Shown here piece by piece: positions 28,242 to 36,799 of a stretch of 64,000 bases of DNA. Position 1 is the stretch's first letter. Each line of letters starts with the position of its first letter. A program made the translations under genes and the position numbers. Source of the stretch: SAR202 cluster bacterium bin22 (GTDB lineage Bacteria; Chloroflexota; Dehalococcoidia; Lucifugimonadales; UBA3495); the NCBI GenBank assembly GCA_002238505.1, contig MPMM01000003.1:141864-205863 (forward strand). Direction: 5' to 3'. The notes under the pieces are model-generated. The model worked only from the letters and a program-made list of their open reading frames with translations, had not been told where the DNA came from and made no database searches.

Positions 28242-30302
28242 ATGGCCACATTAACCGATGTAATTGACCGGCCAACCAGTCAGTCCGGACTGTGGAGCTG
28301 GATTACGACGGTTGACCACAAAAGAATAGGAGTTCTCTACGGCGTTACCGCCTTTATCTTCCTGTTGCTTGGCGGCGTGGAGGCGGGGGTTATCCGGTTG
28401 CAGCTGGCGGTGCCCGACAACACGTTGGTGGACCCCGATACCTTCAACCAGATGTTCACCATGCACGGCACCACCATGATATTCCTGGTGATCATGCCGT
28501 TGAGCGCCAGCTTCTTTAATTTTGTGATTCCCCTGGCTATCGGCGCCCGCGATGTGGCGTTCCCCAGGCTCAACGCTTTCAGCTATTGGGTGTTCCTCTT
28601 CGGTGGACTGCTGCTTAACGCCAGCTTCCTTACCAACCAGGCTCCTGATGCCGGATGGTTCTCTTACGCTAACCTGACGGAAAAGCCCTTTAGCGCCAAC
28701 CAGGGCCTGGACTACTGGGCTCTCGGCCTGCAGGTGTTGGGCGTTTCCTCTCTGGCAGCGGCCTTCAACTTCGTTGTAACCATTGTCAATCTGCGGGCTC
28801 CCGGCATGAGCCTCATGCGCATGCCCCTGTTCGTCTGGATGACGCTGGTAACTTCAATCCTGCTGGTACTGGCCTTCCCTGTTATTACCGTAGGCCTGAT
28901 TGAACTGACCTTCGACCGTAATTTCGGCACCAACTTCTTCGTTCCCGAAGGCGGTGGAGACCCAATCCTCTGGCAGCATCTGTTCTGGGTGTTCGGTCAT
29001 CCGGAGGTGTACATTCTGATTCTGCCGGCCATGGGTATCGTTTCTGAGGTGTTGCCCACCTTCTCCCGGAAGCCTTTGTTTGGCTACCCCGTGGTGGTTT
29101 TCTCCGGCGTGGTTATCGGAATCATGGGTTGGGCCGTGTGGAGCCACCACATGTTTACGGTGGGCCTGGGACCAGTCGCCGTTTCAGTCTTCATGATTAC
29201 GACCATGCTGATTGCGGTGCCGACGGGCGTAAAGATATTCAACTGGATTGGCACCTTGTGGGGCGGTCAGATTGACCTTAAGACCGCCATGCTGTTTGCC
29301 CTTGGGTTCGTCGCGCTGTTCATTGTCGGCGGCCTTAGTGGGGTATCTCACGCGGTGGCTCCGTCAGACAATCAGCAGCAGGATACCTACTACATTGTTG
29401 CCCACATTCACTACGTACTGTTCGGCGGTGCCCTCTTCGGCATTTTCGCTGGCGTGTACTACTGGTTTCCTAAGGTCACGGGCAAGCTGCTTCACGAGGG
29501 TTTGGGCAAGCTCCACTTCTGGCTGTATTTCATCGGGATGAATGTCACCTTCTTCCCCATGCATTACCTTGGCCTGAACGGAATGCCCCGCCGCATTTAC
29601 ACCTATGCCAGTGAGTTCGGCTGGGATGGCTTGAATCTGCTGGCGTCCCTGGGTTACCTGGTTCTGTTCGTAGGAACCCTGCTGTTCATTGTGAATTTGA
29701 TGATAAGCCTCAGGAAGGAACCCGATGCCGGCCACGATCCCTGGGATGCCCCGGGGCTGGAATGGAAGATCGCGTCGCCTCCCCCGGTTTATAATTTCGC
29801 AAAGATTCCTCAGGTCGAAGGACTGGACCAGTACTGGATCGAAAAGCGTCGCGCAGAAGCTGAGGGCCATCCCATTACGGAGCCGGAAGCCCTTGTTGAC
29901 CCCAGCACTATCCACATGCCCAGTCCCTCTTATTGGCCTTTGGTGACGGCCATTGGTGTCCTGATTCTTGCGGCAGGAATGCTGGTTGATACCGGATGGG
30001 ATTACATAAGGTTCCCCATCCCCTTCATTGGCGGCCTGATCTCTTTCATTGGAATAGTTGCCTGGGCGAACGAACCCCCGGCTAAAGAGCACGCCGGTGG
30101 TGACCATCATCCGGAGGCCGCACATGGCGGCGGCCACCTTGCAGTGGCGGCGGTGGCTGAACATCCTGGCGGTGGCGCCACGCACAGCGTTAGGCTGTTG
30201 TGCTCCAACTGCAATAACCAATTGTCAAGCAATTTCCGGTTCTGCCCCTATTGTGGCGGAGCGGTAGAAGATCCCGCTGAACCTCACCACCAGGAGGGGT
30301 AG
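28242..30302 (+). CDS. coxA: Cytochrome c oxidase subunit I, with two extra TM helices and a His-rich, zinc-ribbon C-terminal tail
   Basis: Canonical motifs GHPEVYILILP and WSHHMFTVG. At 686 aa it is about 130 aa longer than a core CoxA. The tail contains HHPEAAHGGGH and CSNC-x12-CPYC. Confidence 0.93.
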   Translation: MATLTDVIDRPTSQSGLWSWITTVDHKRIGVLYGVTAFIFLLLGGVEAGVIRLQLAVPDNTLVDPDTFNQMFTMHGTTMIFLVIMPLSASFFNFVIPLAIGARDVAFPRLNAFSYWVFLFGGLLLNASFLTNQAPDAGWFSYANLTEKPFSANQGLDYWALGLQVLGVSSLAAAFNFVVTIVNLRAPGMSLMRMPLFVWMTLVTSILLVLAFPVITVGLIELTFDRNFGTNFFVPEGGGDPILWQHLFWVFGHPEVYILILPAMGIVSEVLPTFSRKPLFGYPVVVFSGVVIGIMGWAVWSHHMFTVGLGPVAVSVFMITTMLIAVPTGVKIFNWIGTLWGGQIDLKTAMLFALGFVALFIVGGLSGVSHAVAPSDNQQQDTYYIVAHIHYVLFGGALFGIFAGVYYWFPKVTGKLLHEGLGKLHFWLYFIGMNVTFFPMHYLGLNGMPRRIYTYASEFGWDGLNLLASLGYLVLFVGTLLFIVNLMISLRKEPDAGHDPWDAPGLEWKIASPPPVYNFAKIPQVEGLDQYWIEKRRAEAEGHPITEPEALVDPSTIHMPSPSYWPLVTAIGVLILAAGMLVDTGWDYIRFPIPFIGGLISFIGIVAWANEPPAKEHAGGDHHPEAAHGGGHLAVAAVAEHPGGGATHSVRLLCSNCNNQLSSNFRFCPYCGGAVEDPAEPHHQEG

Positions 30303-30304
30303 AG

Positions 30305-30985
30305 TTGGCCCACCAGACGGAAGTCAGCCACCACGCTCCCGAGGAGGAGCACCCGACTAGCACGGGCATCAACAATCGCAAGTTGTTGATGTGGGTTTTC
30401 CTCTCCTCGGACTGCCTGTTCTTTGGCTCGCTAATCGCAACCTACATGGTTTACCGGGGTCAGAGCCTCGTGGGGCCCTACCCGGTGGACATCATCGATG
30501 TACCTATTACTACCATCAGCACCTTTGTGTTGCTGTGCAGTAGCTTTGCCATGGTACGCGCCCTGGCCGCCACCAACGAGAATCGGCAGGGCGCCATTTT
30601 GTTCTGGCTCCTGATGACGGCCTTCCTGGGGGCTATCTTTATCGGCTTCCAGGTGTATGAATTCAACCTGTTCCGGTCCGAGGGGTTGCGCATTGATACC
30701 AATCTGTTTGGGTCAACTTTCTTTACCCTTACCGGATTCCACGGGGCCCACGTGACTCTGGGCATTGTGTGGCTGCTGGGACTGGCGTGGGTGGCAAAGA
30801 AAGGCAGGCTGGGGCCAAAGACCGCTCTGGACGTGGAACTGGCGGGTCTATACTGGCACTTCGTTGATATCGTCTGGATCGTAATTTTTACGTTGCTCTA
30901 CCTCATTGGCGGTTTCGACACCGGCCCCGCGGGAGACCCGTCCCTTGTCCCGCACTCAATAACTGGTTTTCTTGGACTGATCTAA
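30305..30985 (+). CDS. coxC: Cytochrome c oxidase subunit III
   Basis: TTG start 2 nt after the coxA stop, preceded by GGAGGGG. It has KLLMWVFLSSDCLFFGSL and FHGAHVTLG motifs. Confidence 0.85.
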   Translation: MAHQTEVSHHAPEEEHPTSTGINNRKLLMWVFLSSDCLFFGSLIATYMVYRGQSLVGPYPVDIIDVPITTISTFVLLCSSFAMVRALAATNENRQGAILFWLLMTAFLGAIFIGFQVYEFNLFRSEGLRIDTNLFGSTFFTLTGFHGAHVTLGIVWLLGLAWVAKKGRLGPKTALDVELAGLYWHFVDIVWIVIFTLLYLIGGFDTGPAGDPSLVPHSITGFLGLI

Positions 30986-30998
30986 GGAGATACGGCGC

Positions 30999-31811
30999 AT
31001 GAGCAGTGACCACGGGGTTCACGAATCCCGCCACCCTACGCTCAAACAGTATGTAATAATCGCGATATTCCTGTTCGCGATTACCATTGTCGAGTTCGTG
31101 ATAATCCTGCCCGAAGATTTCCGTGGGCAGGGCTGGACGATCGCGCCTTTGGCAATATTGTCGGCTATCAAGTTCGCCGCTGTTATCTTCTTCTACATGC
31201 ACCTGAAGTTTGATAATCGGATGCTGACCTGGGTGTTCCTTGGTGGACTGGCCCTTGGGTTCGCTGTTGTCCTGGCTCTTGTTGGCCTTTTCGCGTCGTG
31301 GACGCCCTCCCCCCGGGCTTTCGCAGAGGATCACGCCAAGCCTTGTACGCTCGACCATGAATTGGGTGGATGTCTCGAAGACCGGCCAAAGGCTGCCCCT
31401 GAACCGGTTGACCCAGTTGATCAGCCACCCTCGGAAGAAGGGAGAACAGAGATCGATCCGGAGGAACCGCCCGCGCCTGGTGGGCTGGTGGAAATCGGTC
31501 GCCAGGTATTCATTACCGGAACTGGTCAGGGCGCTGCCACTCCCTGCGTAACCTGCCACACGGTGGGTGGCGTACCTGAAGCTGTGGGCTTGCTTGGTCC
31601 CGACCTGTCTCACATTGGCACCGAGGCTGCCACTCGGCAACCTGGCGTGTCAGCGGAGGACTACATTGCCCAATCCATACGAGATCCTGAGAGTTTCATC
31701 GCTGAAGGTGTCGATCGGGCCACACCCGGCCTCATGTTGACTGCAATAACAGCCGGGTTGGCTGACGAAGATGTGGATGCGCTGGTGGCTTTCCTGATGG
31801 CACAACAGTAG
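30999..31811 (+). CDS. Cytochrome c oxidase subunit IV (prokaryotic COX4 family) fused to a C-terminal class-I cytochrome c domain
   Basis: The N-terminal 100 aa form a 3-TM COX4_pro-like region (HPTLKQYVIIAIFLF...FFYMHLKF). A Pro/Glu-rich linker follows, and then CVTCH...GPDLSHIG. Confidence 0.75.
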   Translation: MSSDHGVHESRHPTLKQYVIIAIFLFAITIVEFVIILPEDFRGQGWTIAPLAILSAIKFAAVIFFYMHLKFDNRMLTWVFLGGLALGFAVVLALVGLFASWTPSPRAFAEDHAKPCTLDHELGGCLEDRPKAAPEPVDPVDQPPSEEGRTEIDPEEPPAPGGLVEIGRQVFITGTGQGAATPCVTCHTVGGVPEAVGLLGPDLSHIGTEAATRQPGVSAEDYIAQSIRDPESFIAEGVDRATPGLMLTAITAGLADEDVDALVAFLMAQQ

Positions 31812-31866
31812 GCCCCGCTAACCGGCGCGTTGGGCTCGACACCCGGATCTCTATGACTTTAGACAG

Positions 31867-31898
31867 ACCGCCCGACATGTTCGGGCGGTTCTGATTTT
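31867..31898 (+). terminator. Rho-independent terminator after the oxidase genes
   Basis: A 9-bp stem, ACCGCCCGA and TCGGGCGGT, with loop CATGT and then TCTGATTTT. Confidence 0.7.
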
Positions 31899-31975
31899 CC
31901 CGATGGTATGCTAACCTCGAGGAACTTAAAACGTCATGGGCCCCAGTGAGGCGCTCTTGGTACGGAGATTGAATC

Positions 31976-32326
31976 ATGGCGAGGATTTTTCACCTGATCT
32001 CGGCACAGGACTGGAATGGCGCCAAGGGCAATCAGTCCTGGAGCCCGCCCAGCCTGGCTGATGAAGGTTTTGTCCACTGTTCAAAGGATCATGACCAGAT
32101 GTTCAGGGTCATGCAGCGACTTTATACTGACCGGACCGACATGCTGGCTCTGGAACTTGAAACCGACATTCTGACCCATTCGCTGGTGTGGGAACCCAGC
32201 CGTTCTGGGGAAGTTTACCCCCATATCTACGGCCCGCTTAACCTTGAAGCCGCGATCACCGTATGGAGAGTCCAGACGGATGGCGCAAGTGGCTTGGACC
32301 TTTCGGAGGAGACAAACCTCGCGTGA
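31976..32326 (+). CDS. DUF952 domain protein
   Basis: 116 aa with IFHLISAQDW...EGFVHCS...YPHIYGPLN, the DUF952 pattern as I recall it. Confidence 0.75.
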   Translation: MARIFHLISAQDWNGAKGNQSWSPPSLADEGFVHCSKDHDQMFRVMQRLYTDRTDMLALELETDILTHSLVWEPSRSGEVYPHIYGPLNLEAAITVWRVQTDGASGLDLSEETNLA

Positions 32327-32375
32327 AGCGTGCCCATGCTCCGTCTAGCTGCGGCAACTGCGCCTGGACCCTCCC

Positions 32376-33359
32376 ATGACACCTGAATACGCTCTCGCCG
32401 AATTGGACCGTATTCGAGGGGTCATTTCCCGTCTTCGCTATTTGAATGACGATGAGTATCGGGAAATCGGGCAGGCGGTTGAAGCTGGAGCCTGTCCGCC
32501 TCACCTGGTGCCCTTCTGGTCCTCCCGCGAATTTGATGGACCGTCCGCGATTGGCCCCGTATTGTTCGCAAAGCTCGCAAGTGACCGGTTGCTGCAGCGC
32601 TACACCATTTACGGATTCTTCCCAGGCTTATATGAACGAATCTATACGCGAGGCCAGAGACCAGACGTTACTTTTGAAGGTCGAACGCGGGGTCAGGTCG
32701 CCCTCTTCAAGTTCGACAATAGCGACGGCCTCGTCGTTAAATCCCTTCAAAGCCGACGTGAGGGAACGATAGCCCAGATGGCCGGCAAGTCAGGTCTAGG
32801 GCCCCGTCAAAAGGAAAGCCTTGAAGGATTTCTCGTAGAAGAACTGGTTTCCGGCCCCTTCTTTACCGAACTCTCTTCTGAAGCCCTCGAAGACTCCGAC
32901 TTCTTTGCCATCGGTAAGGGACTGGGTGAAATACTTGCAAAGCTGCATTCCCTCCAGATCTACTACAACGACGCCACCCTGTCCGACCCGGAAGGCAGGT
33001 CGCACCTCCTGTTGCCGCAATCGGTTGGAACGGGCGGCAATACTGCCGTGGATTGTCGTCTCATCGACTTCGGAGTTTCGGTACTGCTCGACAACTATCC
33101 TGATCTTGAACCCGAGGAAGTCTATAACCTGGTCCGCACCACCCCGGAATTCCGGATACTGTCCAGGATGGGAATAGCTGGCGCGGAACTGGATAGATTC
33201 CTGTCCCAATACCGCCGGCAACTCCCTTCGGTCTCCAAAGAAGAAATTCTCTCCCGAGACCTGCGCTTTGCGGAGCAGGGACTCCAGCAGGCTGCCCGTG
33301 TCATGGGCCCCCAAATCGTCTGTCCCTCGTGGGAGGGCTTTCAGGCCGGTTACGGCTGA
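32376..33359 (+). CDS. Hypothetical protein with an atypical protein-kinase-like (RIO/Bud32/Kdo-kinase-like) fold
   Basis: It has a LVVKSL Lys-strand, the hinge LVEELVSG, a catalytic-loop-like YYNDATLSD and a DFG-like RLIDFGVS. I assigned this by eye only. Confidence 0.4.
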   Translation: MTPEYALAELDRIRGVISRLRYLNDDEYREIGQAVEAGACPPHLVPFWSSREFDGPSAIGPVLFAKLASDRLLQRYTIYGFFPGLYERIYTRGQRPDVTFEGRTRGQVALFKFDNSDGLVVKSLQSRREGTIAQMAGKSGLGPRQKESLEGFLVEELVSGPFFTELSSEALEDSDFFAIGKGLGEILAKLHSLQIYYNDATLSDPEGRSHLLLPQSVGTGGNTAVDCRLIDFGVSVLLDNYPDLEPEEVYNLVRTTPEFRILSRMGIAGAELDRFLSQYRRQLPSVSKEEILSRDLRFAEQGLQQAARVMGPQIVCPSWEGFQAGYG

Positions 33360-33430
33360 TAGGCTTTGGCAATGTTTCAGGCTGATGGTAGGATGGTGCG
33401 GATATTGGCCAGTCAAAAGGAGATAAACGA

Positions 33431-34126
33431 ATGAAGACCGAGCAACATGACGGGCGGAGCCTTCCCTTCCTTACGGTAATGCCCGACGACTACGACTCCA
33501 GTGTCAGCTATCCGCTTGTGATCATGCTGCACGGCTTTGGGGCCCACATGGGTGATCTGGCCGGACTGGCCCCCGCCATCGAAGACAAGGGCTACGTGTA
33601 TGCTTGCCCCAACGCTCCCCTGGAGTTCGACTTTGGTGGCGGTTATCGAGGCTATGGCTGGATGCCCCGCCAGAACGTTGCCAGCAGGGAAGAGGTGGAG
33701 TCCGCCCGGGAATCCTCCGAAGCGTTGCTCCTGGACTGCTTTGATGAGATTTTCGAAAAGCTCAATGCCACGCCCGGTAAGGTGGCCCTGCTCGGCTTTT
33801 CCCAGGGCGGGGCAATGACCTATCGCTGCGGCATGGACAGGCCTGATGTGTTCGCCGGCCTGGTGGCCCTGAGCGCTGCCGTCTTTGACCCTGAATTACT
33901 GCGCCCCAAGCTTCCCGAAGGCCGGAGCCAGCCCATATTTGTGGCCCACGGCACGGGAGACATGCAGATTGCGGTGGAGACCGCTCGGGCTACTCGCGCC
34001 TTCCTCGAGGCCGAAGGGTACGCGCCGGAATATCGGGAATACAACATGGGCCACGAAATACCCTTCGAAGTATTGCGAGACCTCATTCCCTGGCTGACCG
34101 GGGTTTTGCCGCCGCTGCGGGACTGA
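33431..34126 (+). CDS. Phospholipase/carboxylesterase family alpha/beta hydrolase
   Basis: 231 aa with LHGFGAH, the nucleophile elbow GFSQGG and a C-terminal GHEI His. Confidence 0.8.
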   Translation: MKTEQHDGRSLPFLTVMPDDYDSSVSYPLVIMLHGFGAHMGDLAGLAPAIEDKGYVYACPNAPLEFDFGGGYRGYGWMPRQNVASREEVESARESSEALLLDCFDEIFEKLNATPGKVALLGFSQGGAMTYRCGMDRPDVFAGLVALSAAVFDPELLRPKLPEGRSQPIFVAHGTGDMQIAVETARATRAFLEAEGYAPEYREYNMGHEIPFEVLRDLIPWLTGVLPPLRD

Positions 34127-34190
34127 AGCTATCCGTCCTGGGGAACGGTGAGGGCTGCCCATACGTTGAGCAACGCGTGATGAGGGAAGG

Positions 34191-35453
34191 TCAATAGATA
34201 ACCTCTGATTCCTGCAGGCGTTCAACGTCTTCCGCCGAAAGCCCCAGTAATTCCCTGAATACCAACGCGTTGTGCTCGCCCAACAATGGCGCGGGCGTTC
34301 GGATGTTGCCTGGCGTGTCTCCTAACAACCACGGCATACCGTACAGCCATTCGATGCCCACATGGGGGTGCTCGACTTCCAGGTAGGCCTGCCTCTCCTG
34401 TAGATGCGGGTCCAAAAACTGGTCCTCGATGTTCATTACGGGCATCGCCGCTATCCCCTTCCCCTGCAGCAGTTCCGTGATCTCCAAGGATGTGCACTCT
34501 TGGGTCCACCTGCCAACATGGGCGTCCAGTTCCGCCAGGTTCCCCAGCCTCTCCGCCAACGTGCCAAACTTCTCCTCGGCCGCCCACGGTGGATTGCCAA
34601 GGGCCCCGCAAAATGACTGCCACTCCTGCTCGCCGGTCACCGCAATGGCAACCCAGCGGTCCGGTTCTGCGCACGGATAATTGTTGTGGGGCGCACCACC
34701 GGCGTTGTAGTTGCCCCGGGGCTCCGGGGACATTCCCGTCATCTGGGTTTCCAGGAAAGCCTCCCCCAGCATGGACGTGGTCGCCTCAAGCTGGGCCACC
34801 TCGATGAATTGTCCCTCTCCGGTACGGTTGCGGTGATAAAGCGCTGCCACCGTAGCCAGCGCCGCATGAATCGCCGCCACCACGTCGCTCCAGGGCGCCT
34901 GTAACTCACCCACCAGCGGTTCGTCCCCCGAATATCCAACTACGCTCATCAGGCCGGAGAGGGCCTGGATTATAGGGGCATACGCCAGCACATCCCTCAG
35001 CGGCCCTGTCTCGCCCAGCGCAGGCATGGACACCAGGATGATGTCTGGACGGAGCTTTCGCACCTCTTCGTATCCCAGTCCCAGCCGGTCCAGCACTCCC
35101 GGGGAGTAGTTGTTCAGGGCGACGTCGCTGCGGGCCAGCAATTCCCGGACCAGGTCGAGTCCCTCCTGGGTTTTCAGGTTTAACGTAACGCTCAGCTTGT
35201 TGCGGTTGATGCCGTGAAAGACGGGCTGAAGTTCGGGCCACAATCCCCGGTCACCGCCAGCAATGTCGTCGCCGACAATGGGCCGGCCCAGCCGAAGCCC
35301 GTCCAGCCTGGCCCTGCTTTCCACCTTGATTACCTGCGCCCCCAGGTCCGCCAGCAACTGGGCCGCCATGGGTCCCGCCCACGCGGTGCCAAAGTCCACG
35401 ACCCGGTAGCGGGACAAAGGTAGATGAGCATTGTCTGTAATTGCAGCGGTCAT
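34191..35453 (-). CDS. Family III CoA-transferase (CaiB/BaiF)
   Basis: RVVDFGTAWAGPMAAQLLADLGAQVIKVE is the typical N-terminus. 420 aa. Confidence 0.85.
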   Translation of the reverse strand: MTAAITDNAHLPLSRYRVVDFGTAWAGPMAAQLLADLGAQVIKVESRARLDGLRLGRPIVGDDIAGGDRGLWPELQPVFHGINRNKLSVTLNLKTQEGLDLVRELLARSDVALNNYSPGVLDRLGLGYEEVRKLRPDIILVSMPALGETGPLRDVLAYAPIIQALSGLMSVVGYSGDEPLVGELQAPWSDVVAAIHAALATVAALYHRNRTGEGQFIEVAQLEATTSMLGEAFLETQMTGMSPEPRGNYNAGGAPHNNYPCAEPDRWVAIAVTGEQEWQSFCGALGNPPWAAEEKFGTLAERLGNLAELDAHVGRWTQECTSLEITELLQGKGIAAMPVMNIEDQFLDPHLQERQAYLEVEHPHVGIEWLYGMPWLLGDTPGNIRTPAPLLGEHNALVFRELLGLSAEDVERLQESEVIY

Positions 35454-35465
35454 ATCGGGTTGCGG

Positions 35466-36722
35466 CTAGATGATCCGGTCCGTCCGGAGCCGGTCCATGG
35501 TTTCTGAGTCCAGGCCAAGCTCCTGACCGAAGACTTCTTGATTGTGCTGTCCCAGGGACGGCGCCGCCCGCACCAGCCGTGCCGCCGTCTTGGCCAGCCG
35601 GTAGGGTGGTCCTGGAACCTGGAAAGTCCCCGCCTGACCGCTGGAGACTTCCTGAAAGTAATCCCGGGCATTAAGCTGCGGGTCTCTCAATGTCTCCTCA
35701 AAGGTATAGACGGGTACGCAGGGGATGCGGTTGGCCAGGCACGCCTCCAGGATTTCCTGCTTGGTGCGTTCCATGAACCAGGGGGCAATTAGGGACTCCG
35801 CCTCTTCCGGATACTGGTCACTCATGGCCCGCCGGTCCCGGTAGCGGGGATTCTCCATCCATTCCTGCTCCCCCAGCAGGTCCAAAAACCGCTGGTATTG
35901 GGCCATCTGGGGCGCGTCAATACAGATGTACCCGTCCCGGCAGGGCAGCACGCAGTTGGGAAACAGCCCCAGCCGCATCCTGTTCCCCGAACGGAACCCC
36001 GCCACCCCTCGGTATATGTAAGTAGGCAGGTGGTAACCGGTCAGCAGCGTTCCGATTACCTGGGCCTCGGCCACGTCAACCGACTGGCCCCGGCCGGTCA
36101 TGTCCCGTCCCAGCAGGGCAATTACCGTCGCAAAGGCGGCTCCCACCCCGGCAAGGTAACTGGCCTGGTGCACGGGAGTAGTCAGGGGCTCCCGGTGAGG
36201 GTGGCCGGTGCCAAAGCTCAGGCCGCTCATGGCGTTGGCCGTCAAATCGGTGCCTTGATACGCACGGTAGGGACCGGTGCGGCCGTAAGGCGATATGGAA
36301 GTCACCACCAATTGCGGATACCGGTGCTTGAGTGATTCGTAGGTGAAGCCGGTTCCTTCTATCTGAGACAGGGGCTGGTTTTCGAGAAGGACATCAGCGG
36401 TCTCCAGCATTCTTTCCAGGATTCGCCGGCCGGAGTCCGTTCCTACGTCCAGCGTGATGCCGCGCTTGTTCAGGTTGGCAAACAGGAAGAGTCCGCTCTT
36501 TTCTGGGTGGGGGACATTGTCGGGAAAGGGGCCGAGGTAGCGTCCCTCGTCGCCGGATACAGGATGTTCAATCTTGATAACGTCGGCGCCCAGTTCCCCC
36601 AGCACCTTTCCACAGAAAGGGGCGGAAACCAGGTTGCCCCATTCGATAACCCGTACGCCTCGAAGCGCCCCTTCGATTCCTGCCGGAGCTGTGCTAGTGG
36701 TTTCCGAACTCTCTGCCGACAA
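35466..36722 (-). CDS. Family III CoA-transferase (CaiB/BaiF), tandem paralogue
   Basis: VRVIEWGNLVSAPFCGKVLGELGADVIKIE N-terminus. 418 aa. It lies 12 nt upstream of the paralogue. Confidence 0.85.
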   Translation of the reverse strand: MSAESSETTSTAPAGIEGALRGVRVIEWGNLVSAPFCGKVLGELGADVIKIEHPVSGDEGRYLGPFPDNVPHPEKSGLFLFANLNKRGITLDVGTDSGRRILERMLETADVLLENQPLSQIEGTGFTYESLKHRYPQLVVTSISPYGRTGPYRAYQGTDLTANAMSGLSFGTGHPHREPLTTPVHQASYLAGVGAAFATVIALLGRDMTGRGQSVDVAEAQVIGTLLTGYHLPTYIYRGVAGFRSGNRMRLGLFPNCVLPCRDGYICIDAPQMAQYQRFLDLLGEQEWMENPRYRDRRAMSDQYPEEAESLIAPWFMERTKQEILEACLANRIPCVPVYTFEETLRDPQLNARDYFQEVSSGQAGTFQVPGPPYRLAKTAARLVRAAPSLGQHNQEVFGQELGLDSETMDRLRTDRII

Positions 36723-36799
36723 TCCAGATCCTCGTACTCTGCCCTATTGCCCCGCTTCCGTTAATCCTCAAACCCCGGCACTCACCCAGGCTGGTCAGC

